A DNA stretch of 63,999 bases, counting the filler, from Octopus bimaculoides (taxonomy: Eukaryota): assembly GCF_001194135.2 (NCBI RefSeq). It is 5 parts of 5 records of this genome, joined end to end, with 100 filler letters (N's around TTAATTAATTAA, not from the genome) between each part and the next. Parts side by side here need not be neighbours in the genome. Positions count along the whole stretch, not along the records: positions 14,971 to 37,555 come from NC_068993.1; positions 37,656 to 51,246 come from NC_068987.1; 3 more parts are not named here. One strand, written 5' to 3'. Below, in pieces: positions 26,529 through 38,737 of the stretch. The first letter of the stretch is position 1; each line of letters starts with the position of its first letter. The notes under the pieces were generated by a model that saw only the letters and a program-made list of their open reading frames with translations, had not been told where the DNA came from and did no database searches. The position numbers and the translations under genes are program-made.

Positions 26529-28015
26529 TTGTTATTATTATTATTATCATTCAGTAGTTTTATTTTTATAGCCAGCTTTCACTTCACTGCCGTGCGCAGT
26601 TCTGTCTATGTGCCTTGGGTATGTGCTGTGGTTTGCTGTGAAGCTCTTATGGTTACTGTATTGAAAGTGTTTTGCGTAGGATGTGTGCAGTGTCCAGTAG
26701 TGCAATTTTCTGTATGTTATATATATTTGTAAGTCCTGGTATTTTTGTTATGTATTTGTCTGAATATTTTTTTTATTATACCTAAGACACCTACTATGAT
26801 AGGAATTGTTTCTGTTTTTAGATTCGACATCCGAGTTACCTCTATTTCCAGGTCTTTGTATTTTGAAAGTTTCTCCATTTCTTTTAGGGAAACGTTGTCA
26901 TCTGTTGGTATTGATACATCAATTANNNNNNNNNNNNNNNNNNNNNNNNNNNNNNNNNNNNNNNNNNNNNNNNNNNNNNNNNNNNNNNNNNNNNNNNNNN
27001 NNNNNNNNNNNNNNNNNNNNNNNNNNNNNNNNNNNNNNNNNNNNNNNNNNNNNNNNNNNNNNNNNNNNNNNNNNNNNNNNNNNNNNNNNNNNNNNNNNNN
27101 NNNNNNNNNNNNNNNNNNNNNNNNNNNNNNNNNNNNNNNNNNNNNNNNNNNNNNNNNNNNNNNNNNNNNNNNNNNNNNNNNNNNNNNNNNNNNNNNNNNN
27201 NNNNNNNNNNNNNNNNNNNNNNNNNAATAAGAAGAAGAAGAAGAAGAATACAGGAAGTGCAAAAAATCGTGATAATATGGTTTATTGTTTCTCGTCCATC
27301 TCCACATATTCTGCATTTACTTGTTATGTTTCTTTTCATTATGTGTTTTTGGTAATTTCTGGTGGGGAGGCTTTGATCTCGTGCCGCAATTAAAAATCCT
27401 TCAGTCTTCGTTTTGAGTCCTGAGCTTCTCAGCCATTGCTGGGATTTTTCTGTCTATTTATTTCGCATTTAGTTTAGCCCAGTATTTACCATGGAGGGGC
27501 TTTTCTTGCCATCGATTTATCATCGTCCGTTGCTGTTCTAGTTTTAGTTTGGATTTCATTTGTTTTATAGCTTTTGTCGTTTCTTCTTCTTCGTCTTCAT
27601 ATTTGTTAGGTAGCTGTAACTTATAACTGGGACGGCTAAAGTGTTAATACCTATTATCTTGTTTTTAGCATTGAGCTCTGTTTTTAGTATTGATCTAACT
27701 CGTCTATAGTACTCTTTCTTTATTTTCTCTTTCGTTTGCGTGTGTTGTATCGTATCTAGTTCATTGATTCTTAAATATTTGTATGTATGGCTTTGGTCTA
27801 ATTCTCTTATGTCATTGGCTTTGTCTAGTGTGATGTTGCTACTCTTAACTAGTTTTCCTCTTTTCAAGGTTGGTTTGGCACATTTTTCTAATCCAAATTT
27901 CATATCTATTTCTTTGGTAAATCCATGTACTGTCTGTAGTAGTGTTTCCAGCTGTTTATTATTCGTAGCGTATATTTTAGGTCACGCACATATAGGAGGT
28001 GGCTGATTGTTTTGC
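26529..28015 (-). mobile_element. R4/Dong-like fragments of a third subfamily, split by a gap
   Basis: KFGLEKCAK...YKYL, GINTLAVPVISYS, CRICGDGRETINHII and IDVSIPTDDNV...KLSKYKDLEIE...IPIIVGVLG, then 3' UTR and (TAA)n. Confidence 0.85.
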
Positions 28016-28225
28016 CGTAACAATTGTAACCGCATCCAGTTCTATTTAGCAATTCAGTTAAAGGTGTGAGTGCCAGATCATCATTATTATTTCGAGGTCG
28101 ACGTTCCCTTTCACCATTTCGGTGTCAATAGAATAAGTACCTGCTGAGCACTGGGGTCGATGTAATCGACCAACCTCCTCTACCGTGTTCAGGCCTTGTG
28201 CTTATATTAGAAAGGATCATTATTA

Positions 28226-28297
<72 letters not shown>

Positions 28298-28298
<1 letters not shown>

Positions 28299-29769
28299 CT
28301 ATATATTAATACGCTTGTATCGTCGGTGTTTGTTACGTTCAGGGAGATAAGTCAGGATTAAATTCGAGTTATTTCTCTTGGCTTGTAGACTGGCATTGCT
28401 GCGACGCTCTTGAAAGGTGGTAAAACTCTTCACAGTATATTCAAACTTCCAGTTTCTTTGTGTGAAACAAGTGTATGCAATGTTCCACCAAATTCTGATC
28501 AAGGAAACATTCTTAGGCGAGTAAAAGTCTTCATTATCGACGAAGCTTCAATGAAACCAATTTATGTTTTGAAAGCTATAGATAATTGATTAAGAGATAT
28601 TATGAATAGTAATAATATATTTGGTGGGGAAATTATCATACTACGAGGAGATTTTAGACAAGTTCTTCCAGTAGTTCCCAGAGTTCCTCCTGCTGCTGTA
28701 CTTGATGCCTGACTCAAACGCTTTTCTATGTGGGATAATTTTCATCAAATGCAACTTACACAAAACATGAGAATAAACGCAAATAAACAAGATCTTTCGA
28801 GGTGGCTACTACAACTTGGAAGTAGATTTCTTCAAAGCTCTCTTGATAATCTCGCAGAAGATACTATTGATATTCCTGAAGCATGCATATGTAACAATTC
28901 TTTGGTATCTGATATATTTGACAATTGTACAGTAGAAGAAATGAAAAGTAGAGTGATCTTGTCCCCTAAAAATTCGGACTGCTTAGCAATAAATGAAGAA
29001 ATTCGAAGTAGCTTGCCCCACTGAAACTAAGACATATCTAAGCACCAACTCAGTAACTTCTGATAATGAAGAAGAAGCCCAGAATTATCTCTTGGAGTTT
29101 ATAAACTCTTTTACAGCTTCTAGAATGCCTCCCCATCACCTTAACTTAAAAGTTGGAGCAATTATTATGCTTCTTAGAAACCTCTCTATAACACAACGTT
29201 TATGCAACGGAATTCGCTTGGAATTATTTGAGCTCCACTAGCATAGTATCGAAGCATCAATTATAAGTGGATCTCATTCTCACACGAGAGTACTGATTCC
29301 AAGAATCAAACGATGCAAACATTCCATTCGACTTGCATCGGACCCAGTTTCCGATTCGTCTGTCCTATTCTATGACAATCAATAAAACACAAGGGTAAAC
29401 ATTCAATACAGTTGGCATACACTTGTCACAGCCATCGTTCACTCATGGCCAGCTTTACGTAGCTTTTTCAAGAGCAAGGGTGAGGAACAGTGCGAAGGTC
29501 AAAGCGATACCTCAAAACGAATTCACTCATGGTCGCAGAAGGGGAATCACCTACACTAGAAACATTGTATATTGAGAAGTGCTGTAACGGATGTATTTGG
29601 CATATACTATCACACAATAACGTAATATATACTTTGGTAAATATAGCGTAAAGGATAATAGGATTTTTCCTTAACCAAAATAGTGAAAATTAAACAATTT
29701 TGATTGAATGACAACTATTCATTGGACGATATTTAAATTATCCGTGAATATTTTCACCTGTCTAGCTAG
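28298..29769 (+). mobile_element. Internally deleted Helitron retaining the PIF1-like helicase C-terminal half
   Basis: 5' A|TC at 28297/28298; 3' hairpin gtgaa-tatt-ttcac then CTAG|T at 29766-29770. Helicase motifs are IIDEASM, GDFRQVLPVV, LTQNMR, LKVGAIIMLLRNL...LCNG, MTINKTQG and HGQLYVAFSR, with stops. Confidence 0.9.
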
Positions 29770-29784
<15 letters not shown>

Positions 29785-29801
<17 letters not shown>

Positions 29802-30007
29802 TAGTTTTATTTTTATAACGTGCTTTCACTTCACTACCGAGCGCAGCTCTGTGCGCCTTGGGTATGTGCTGTGGTTTGCTGTGGTGCTCTTATGTTTACT
29901 GTATTGAAAGTGTTTTGCGTAGAATGTGTGCAGTACCCAGTAGTGCAATTTTCTGTATGTTATATATATTTGTAAGTCCTGCTATTTTTGTTATGTATTT
30001 GTCTGAA

Positions 30008-30015
<8 letters not shown>
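29785..30015 (-). mobile_element. 3' end of the same R4/Dong-like subfamily as 26529-26925
   Basis: YNIQKIALLGTAHILRKTLSIQ*, with a 3' UTR nearly identical to 26550-26700 and (TAA)n on both sides. Confidence 0.85.
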
Positions 30016-30067
<52 letters not shown>

Positions 30068-30370
30068 ATCATTATTATTATTACTAGCAGGAATACCACC
30101 CTCTGGGTGGTATTCTGGTAGCCTCTTGATAATATTTATACATTTGATTCCCTTTTCTAATAATTTGTATATTTTACGTCTAATTATTTCTTTGTATAAT
30201 ACTGCTCACTTCCTTAGTAAATATTGCTTTCATTATTTCTTAATCGCTCTTTTTTAAACAAACATCACGGTAGTCCAACAACAAAGCGAGAAGTAGTTTG
30301 TCAAGTTTTACCTTCCCTTCAAAGCAACATAGAGATTTCAATTCAGCAGCCAATCTGTAAGCTTTGCAGA

Positions 30371-30430
<60 letters not shown>

Positions 30431-31597
30431 ACATTGCAAACAATGAATGAAATAAACATGAAATGAAAAAATCGTGTAAATAAAAGGGCAGTACTACAGA
30501 TTTATACGTCCCCGATTTTACTGCCTCATAACATCCAGAAAAATGGATACTTTTTAACAAAATTCTCTACAAATACCGCTTAGATGTTGTGACTTCAGAG
30601 TATATAGGGAAATAATTTTGCGAGAGGTGGAGAGAGGAGTTTCAGAAAATTCATACGATTTGACTTTTTTTATCTCATATCTTTCAGTGAGATGGGTATT
30701 TTTTAATGAAAATTTATACAAATCCCTTTTAAACGGCATAGNNNNNNNNNNNNNNNNNNNNNNNNNNNNNNNNNNNNNNNNNNNNNNNNNNNNNNNNNNN
30801 NNNNNNNNNNNNNNNNNNNNNNNNNNNNNNNNNNNNNNNNNNNNNNNNNNNNNNNNNNNNNNNNNNNNNNNNNNNNNNNNNNNNNNNNNNNNNNNNNNNN
30901 NNNNNNNNNNNNNNNNNNNNNNNNNNNNNNNNNNNNNNNNNNNNNNNNNNNNNNNNNNNNNNNNNNNNNNNNNNNNNNNNNNNNNNNNNNNNNNNNNNNN
31001 NNNNNNNNNNNNNNNNNNNNNNNNNNNNNNNNNNNNNNNNNNNNNNNNNNNNNNNNNNNNNNNNNNNNNNNNNNNNNNNNNNNNNNNNNNNNNNNNNNNN
31101 NNNNNNNNNNNNNNNNNNNNNNNNNNNNNNNNNNNNNNNNNNNNNNNNNNNNNNNNNNNNNNNNNNNNNNNNNNNNNNNNNNNNNNNNNNNNNNNNNNNN
31201 NNNNNNNNNNNNNNNNNNNNNNNNNNNNNNNNNNNNNNNNNNNNNNNNNNNNNNNNNNNNNNNNNNNNNNNNNNNNNNNNNNNNNNNNNNNNNNNNNNNN
31301 NNNNNNNNNNNNNNNNNNNNNNNNNNNNNNNNNNNNNNNNNNNNNNNNNNNNNNNNNNNNNNNNNNNNNNNNNNNNNNNNNNNNNNNNNNNNNNNNNNNN
31401 NNNNNNNNNNNNNNNNNNNNNNNNNNNNNNNNNNNNNNNNNNNNNNNNNNNNNNNNNNNNNNNNNNNNNNNNNNNNNNNNNNNNNNNNNNNNNNNNNNNN
31501 NNNNNNNNNNNNNNNNNNNNNNNNNNNNNNNNNNNNNNNNNNNNCTGTGTGCGCGCGAGTGTGTAATTGTGTGTGTGCGTTTGTGTTTGTGTGTGTT

Positions 31598-31640
<43 letters not shown>

Positions 31641-32002
31641 CTGTTGAAGTTGTGTTTGGAAACTGTGAATAAGGTGCAAGTTTTGAGTACTTGTCGGTAA
31701 CTTTTTGTTTTTTCTCTCCTCGTCTTCTAATAGTAATTACCCAACTTTCTAGGCTCTTCTCACAGCTATCTTGTGTTAAAAAATTATACGTATATTTTAA
31801 AGAATTTTTATTCAATAAATAGTGTTTTACATTACATATGCATTAGTAGCGAATTAAAACTTAAAGAGAAAGTGAGAGACTTTGGAAATGAAAATGGAAT
31901 ACTCTGCAGTGAATGCAATGAATATTTAAATTTGTGAGAAATTGGTGTTAAAAAATTCAATAAACTTGAGAAATCGAAATTATAGGAAATTTCTTAGAAC
32001 AT

Positions 32003-33701
32003 TTGGTGAGCTAAAGTTGTATTATGTGTTTAAAATTTTACTGTTGTTTAATTGTTGTAGTGTTCTCTGAACACTCTTGTCTGTGTTGCCTTGTGGCAGT
32101 TTATTTGTACTTTCCCTCCTCATAAGGGAGGGTAAGACAAGTGAATATGTTAGAAGATATCAGCAACTCAGATATCAGCTGCTCAGAACTGTCTTCTTCG
32201 GAACAGTCAGAGCAGTCAGATACTTCGGGCGAGAGAAGATAGAAGCTTTGCGGAAATAGCAAAGATTAAAGAACATCGAATGGGATGAATGGAAAAATTA
32301 TTCAAAAATGATGATGCGAGAAGGAACCAATGAGGAATTAAGCCCTCTGAGGAATTGACTGCCAACAGGAGGGAATGTACTGTCACATACAAGGCACATT
32401 CAGTAGCGGCTGGCAAAACTGAAATAATGACAACGGCCCAAGTGGAGAAGGCACTAAGGCCAATGTGGCAAGGGATAAGGTATCTTGCCAGAGGAGCGAA
32501 GTACAGAACGATTGCAGTAAGGTATAAAGAGGCAGACTTGATGAATGCGGCAATTATTTTAAAGAGCGACGAAGTGGTGCTGTTGCCTACGTACCATGGA
32601 AGACGCTTGGTAAAAGTTAGTGTGGAAGGAATCTCACCAGAGGTTGACGCAGCCTGGTTAGCAACCGCTGTCTTATTCGGTAATGAGGAAGAGATAGCGG
32701 TTCTCCAGACCACTTGGACAGAAAATAGGAATTGGAAAGGCCAAACACTAAACATGGTTATAGAGGGCCGAAAGAGATTATTGGAGAATTACCAGAGACC
32801 ATAGCAATGGAAGACATAATAATTGTGGTCAGAGTAGAGGGCAAGATCCTTCGACGCTACAAGTGTGGCCAGAAGGGCCACATTAGAGCAACTTGCCCTC
32901 TACAAGACAAAAAGAAGGAAGAACAAGCAGGAAAAACAGAAGTAACACCACCACCACCATCACCACCAGTAGAAACAGAAGAAAAAGAAGGTAAATCAGA
33001 AGGAGAATGGGAAGCAGCCGGTATGAAAAGAAAAAGGAAAAGGAAGAAACCAGGTAAAGCAAACACAGAACCCCACATCACCCAACACCAACCCACACCT
33101 TCTTTCTCCCACTCGCCCCTACAGACGCTGAACCTACCCGTCCCCACCGACACACAAACAAATAATTCCGACACAAACCTTTCAATTTCCCATCTCCCAA
33201 AAAGAAGAAAAAGAACTATGCTATAATGTATGACAATACAAACAAGACACTGTGTGAGGAGATCAGGAAGTGGAAAGACATAAGATCAGTGGACACGAAT
33301 AAATTTCATAATGTACAAGGGTGGCATTGCTGCTTGTTATTAAATGAGGAGCAAAAAGAAAAAATTGAAAGTTTAAAAGTGGACTTGAAATGTGGCAAAT
33401 CGATCTGGATATCGAAAAATTACCACGGCATTTGGATTACGTACATCTATTGAAGGAGTACAAGTTCGATATCTTGGCAATAACTAAATATAAGAGGTGA
33501 AAAGGTATAGATCAAGGGACTCAGAGGTGGGGCTGAGAGACCTTCATTCCATTTCTCATTTTCATTTCGTTTTTCATCCATTGTAACAAACGTTTTTGAA
33601 ATTTTGTTTCTTTTTTCGTTTTTTTTCCTGTCTGTTATATGTCCCCACATGTCCTTCTAATGTCCCCTCTCCGTTTAGCCCCTTGTGAGCAATAAAGAAA
33701 C
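32003..33701 (+). mobile_element. ORF1-only (HAL1-like) non-LTR retroelement copy 2, decayed
   Basis: 16-bp TSD aaatt(t/c)ttagaacat-type duplication (31987-32002 vs 33702-33717, 15/16 match). The frameshifted ORF runs from about 32147 (RSFAEIAK...LLPTYHGRR...RYKCGQKGHIRATC). It ends in gcAATAAAgaaa, with no RT. Confidence 0.75.
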
Positions 33702-33834
33702 AAATTTTTTAGAACATGACTTTATAAAAATTTCCAGATGGTCAACCCTTTAATAATTGCTTTCTTTTAGTACTTTTAGTAATTGTTATAATATACCTAA
33801 TTCATAAGCAACTTTCTCCATTATAGTATAGATT

Positions 33835-36830
33835 ATTATTATTATTATCGTTGCCTTTGCCCAGCTTCTAACGCTAGAGATGTACTACGGTGTCAGCTGT
33901 TCAATACCAGTGAACTGAGGTAACACCTCTTCCGGAGTATTCGGGCGGTTCCAAGAAGTGCTGTTTTCTGCATGTGCTCCACCCTTATTGCAGCCCCTAT
34001 TTGTTCCATGTACTTCTCGAGATTTTTACTCACTGTCCCCAGGGCTCCCACAATTATTGGTACTACTGCTACCTTTTTCATGGACCACAACTGCTTTACC
34101 TCCCAAGCTAACCTGTCATACTTATTGACTTTTCTTTCTTCCTTATCGCATACTTTGTTGTCAGCTGGGAATGTTACATCTATGGTCCAGCATAGTTTGT
34201 TTTCTTTCTCAAGATTATGTCTAGCTTCCTATTTTCTATCTCATAGTCGCACTGAATCATAAAATCCCACAGGATCTTTGCATTATCATTTTCGATGATG
34301 TCTTCGGGTTTGTGGTCGTACCATTTTTTTTTCTCTGTCAAGACCATACTTGTTGCAAAGCAGTCAGTGGTCAAGCCTTGCTATATTGTCGTGGCGTCTC
34401 TTATATTCCTTCTGGGCTAGTGGCGTACATTGGTTGGTACGGTTTCACCATTTTATCCACAGATTCTGCACTTATCACTTTCTGGTATGTTGTCTACTCT
34501 ATATTTTATGTAGTTTGTTCTTAGCGCTTGCTCTTGGGAAGCACAGATTAGAGCATCCGTTTCCGGTTTTGAATCACTTTTAGTTATCAACAGCCATCTT
34601 TTTTCTCTGTTTGTCTTCTCTTCAACATCCCTATGAAATTGTTCATGCTTTATTTCCTTTACCCATCTATTTTCAATTTCATTCGTTTTCAATTGCTTGC
34701 ACAGTGCTTTATCTTTGCAATCTTTCATCCTACACAAGTCTAACCTTCTTACTTCTAATAATAGCGGTTCTGAAGCATTTTTTTACATACCATGCTATGT
34801 TGTTTTCCTCTGCTCTAATGCTGTGTTCACATCTAATAAGCCCTCGTCCCCTTTTTCTCTTGGTACATATAGTCTGTTTGTGTCATTTTTGGGTGGAGTG
34901 TCCCATATCTAGTTAGCAGCTTCCTTGTCTTTCTGTCTAAGCTGTTTAGCTCGTCTACTGTCCATGTGATTACCCCTGCTCCATATCTAAGGAGTGAGAC
35001 CGCCCAGGTGTTGATAGCTTCAGTCTTATTCCGTCCGTTTAATTTCGACTTAAAAATCAGTCTCAGTCTGCGTAAGTACTCCACCTTAAATTTTTCTGTC
35101 ATTTCTTTATCCATTTCCAAAATCCCCAAGTACTTGTAGCCTGTCTCATCTATCTGCTTCATAACCTCCCCCGACTGTATCGATAGCCAGTCCATACATT
35201 TGATTTTGCCTCTCTTCAAGTCTAACACACCACACTTTCTCAGTCCTAACTCCATTCTGATATCAGCACTGAAAGTATACACAGTATCAACGAGGGAACT
35301 GACTTGAGCTTCATCTTTACCATAAAGTTTGAATAACAAATGGCTGGCTTTTTGTTGGCGGCTTTTGAATACATACACAGCTTTTGCTTTCCTAGAATCA
35401 GTGTTAGTGGTATCAAGTACAGCACAAAGATCATTGGGGACAGGCAGTCCCCTTGGAAGAGGACCATCCTGATTTCTACTGTCCCTAAACTTCTTCCGTA
35501 GGCTGTCAGGTCCGTCCTCCAATTCGCCATACTTTTTCCAGGCAATCGCTCAACATCCGATGCAATACCAAATATGTTCATACATTCCATTATCCAAGAG
35601 TGTAGAATCATATCGTACGCCTTACGATAGTCGATCCATGACATGGCTAAGTTAGTTTTCCTCCTCTTGCAGTCTTTAAGTACAGTTTCGTTTATGAGTT
35701 GATCCTTGGTACCTCTGCACTTACACTTGCAGCCCTTCTGTTCATGTGGCAGGACTCCATTTTTTCCAGATGTTCGTACATTGACTCTGCGAGTATTCGA
35801 GTCCTATAATTTCCACATAAGTAGAAAACAGGGTATCAACCTGTAATTGTCTACCGTATTGCCTTTTTCGATGTTTTTGAAGCACAGCACTGTCCTACCC
35901 ACTGTCAACCGCTCTGGTGTTACTTGGTCGGCATTTAACAAGGTGTTTAGTTGCGCAGGTATTCGTGCATGATATTCACCAAATCTTTTGATTCCGTAGC
36001 CTTGAACTCCATCTGGTCCCGGGGCCTTCCAGTTGCTCGTTATTTTGCTGATTTCCTTCACTTCCCTAACCGAAATGACTAGTTCTGTCTGTTTTGGACA
36101 GAGTACTGTTTGTTTCAGTTCTTGCAACCATTCAGTATCCTTCTTGTGCTCCTTGTCTTTGCTTCATATGTCACTCTTGAACCTTTCAATGTTATCTGGA
36201 ATCAACTTTTCATCTGTACACTCTTCATTTATTTCTTTATAGAATCTCTTTTGATCTACACTGAATAACCTATTCTGGTGGTAACACTTCATTCTTTGGT
36301 CATATCTTACCATCTTTGCTTTCTTTGCAACGAGGCGCTGTTTCAGTTCTTCCATTACCACTTTCAGGCCCTTTGTTTCAATATTATACTTCCTTTTCAG
36401 CGCTCTGTACTTTCGTTTGCTTTTAAGCTCCCCTTTCTCTTTTCGGTCTAACAGAAATTTCATTTGACAGCATATCTAACCCTCCCTGCATTCTTTTTTT
36501 CCACCATGGGTCTTTTCTTTTGTCACTCCCATTATATTTCTTTTTCTTGACATCAACACCCACATTTTCTGCTACAGCAATAGTTGCTGGCTTGATTAAA
36601 TTATTTGTTTCTGTGATGCTGTTTGTTCTAATGTATTTCAGAATATCATTGACATTTTTCGTTTCTTGGTTCAGCTTCCACCGGTCAACCTTTTTATTTT
36701 TGCATATATTGTCACTACCGTTCTCTTGTAGCCTTGCCTCTATTCTGTCGTAGATTGCCTTTTGTTCATCTGTCATGCCGACATTAGTTTTATTGTCTTC
36801 TTTTAGATCATCCGTATGTTGCAAGACGCA
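33835..36830 (-). mobile_element. R4/Dong-like RLE non-LTR retrotransposon, near full-length but decayed
   Basis: [75 protein letters not shown] and VPIIVGALG...QKTALLGTARILR, followed by a 3' UTR and (TAA)n tail. Confidence 0.9.
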
Positions 36831-36944
36831 ACGAAAATTTTAGAAAAATAAAAAAAAAACAAATGGAAATTTTACCGGTGAGTGTGTTAAATTATAAGGC
36901 ACCAAAAGAGAATGACTTTCCCCAAACACAACACATTTGGGTAG

Positions 36945-37555
36945 CCAGGGATATGTTTCATACAAAATGTATTATATTAAAGTTTTAAAGTTTTCTTGAG
37001 ATGTTCGTTTGTCTATCCAGTTGGAGAATACAGTAGTGTTTTTGCTATGAAAGTGATGTTTACATTTGCGAATACTCAGGGAGAAAGGAAAGGATAGGTA
37101 TTCACAGAAGTTGTAGATATTAATTTTTTTTAACTTATCGCTTGTGTGTTTGAAAGCTGTAGGTATGTAAGTTTCCTAACTTATTTTGAGGGAGATTTAA
37201 AATATTCACAGGAAATTGTAGATATTCCTGTCTGGGAATAGTAGGAGGAAGAGATGTTCACCTTGTTCAATTTTTGAATTTCTAAAGTTCTTTTTCTTTT
37301 GGAATTTTTCCTTTTAAAACGTTTTGCTGTGCTTTACAGTTTTAGTAGTTGTGCAGTATGTATATATTGGCAGGTTCCTACCACATTAATCTTTTTTTTT
37401 TTCATTTAAATGTGTTGTTACAATAGAAGGCATGTTTACATATTCGGGTAGTCAGGGAAAAAAGAAAGATAAGATGTTTACACAAAATTGAAGATATTAA
37501 AGTTTCTAGATATTTTTGAGATGTTCGTTTGTATGTCCGTTCAGAGAAGACTGTA
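36945..37555. repeat. Degenerate internally repeated segment
   Basis: About 36948-37035 recurs at about 37471-37555 (atattaaagtt...ttgagatgttcgtttgt). A cacag(a/g)aa(g/a)ttgtagatatt sub-motif recurs in between. Confidence 0.5.
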
Positions 37556-37635
37556 NNNNNNNNNNNNNNNNNNNNNNNNNNNNNNNNNNNNNNNNNNNNT
37601 TAATTAATTAANNNNNNNNNNNNNNNNNNNNNNNN

Positions 37636-37875
37636 NNNNNNNNNNNNNNNNNNNNAAATTCACAAAATTAAAAAAATATGTTGATCGTCGTACAAAACTA
37701 TAGCTGAACTGTTTACACAAATAATCACGTGTTTTCACGAATGTACTAACGAGATTTGCTCAGATATTCTCATTTAAATATGAATAGGTGATTACGGGCG
37801 GTTTTGGGCGGCTTGGTCACATGAACCAAAATTTTTTTCGGGCGGCTTTGGGCGGTTTGGTAACGAAAGGGTTAA
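37636..37875. mobile_element. One end of another TTAA/CCC-terminated DNA transposon, abutting the EXD1 stop
   Basis: Ends in ggtaacgaaaggg|ttaa with the doubled subterminal motif gggcgg(t/c)tttgggcgg. The other end is lost in the gap. Confidence 0.5.
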
Positions 37876-37876
37876 A

Positions 37877-38737
37877 CTAAAATTTAGTTGTAACATACTT
37901 ACTCTTAAGATTACTGAAGTCCATGCTCCTGACTGGTGTGTTTTTGCTGTCCAAGCAACTATCCGATAATTCCTCATCTGATGATTGCTCTGTGAAATTT
38001 TTAGATGTTGAAATTGCTTTGTTCTTTATGAATCGTTTGGAATGAAGTGAAGGATCTGGAGTGTTCATGTAATTTTTATGAGATGGTGATTCTCTGTCTT
38101 TAAAGTAGTCTTTAAGGTGAACAGGCTGATGCCTTGTTTCTTTGTGATCTTCCAACATTGTTGAGGAAAATGAATTACACTGTGCAGGAGGCTGCTCGCA
38201 GTCCTCATATTCTTTATATGAAGCAAGTTCTTTGTTTTTTGAGAAGTCTTTAAAACATGTGCAGCATTCTTTACCACACAAGGTCTCCTGCAGAGATGTT
38301 CTTTTAACATTATCAAACTGTTTCTGTGGAGACTGCTCTTTAACATATTCAAAATCTTTCTGATATGGACGCTCTCTCTTGCTTAAGTCTCCACAATCTT
38401 TTAATGATTTTTTATCATTTAAAAAGTGTTTAAGTGTTGAATGACCTTTGCTGTCTGCCAATTTTTTACATGAAGGAGATTTTTCACCATTTTTACAGAC
38501 TTTATTACAATGTGAAGAAAACACCTTGGAGGCTTTCTGACATTTCGTATCCTTAACATTTACAAATTTTTCAGAAGACTGCAAAGTTTCTTTATCTGAA
38601 GTTGGAGAATTACAAGAACAACTTTTGGGTTGTCTGAAATAAACTGGTCGATTTTCCTTGTTTTTGAAACTTTCTTTGATAACATGAGTAAATTTATGTA
38701 GATCAGAAAAAGATTTCGGCAAATACTCTCTTTTATT
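37877..38737 (-). CDS. EXD1: EXD1-like gene, large 3' exon (low-complexity C-terminal tail NKREYLPKSF...YVTTKF*)
   Basis: Poly-T acceptor ...ttttcag ends at 38738. The frame is open for 286 codons in phase 0 with the upstream exon, to a TAG at 37877-37879. A perfect GTAAGT donor at 37897-37902 means the exon could instead end at 37903 and continue downstream. Confidence 0.75.
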   Translation of the reverse strand, partial: NKREYLPKSFSDLHKFTHVIKESFKNKENRPVYFRQPKSCSCNSPTSDKETLQSSEKFVNVKDTKCQKASKVFSSHCNKVCKNGEKSPSCKKLADSKGHSTLKHFLNDKKSLKDCGDLSKRERPYQKDFEYVKEQSPQKQFDNVKRTSLQETLCGKECCTCFKDFSKNKELASYKEYEDCEQPPAQCNSFSSTMLEDHKETRHQPVHLKDYFKDRESPSHKNYMNTPDPSLHSKRFIKNKAISTSKNFTEQSSDEELSDSCLDSKNTPVRSMDFSNLKSKYVTTKF

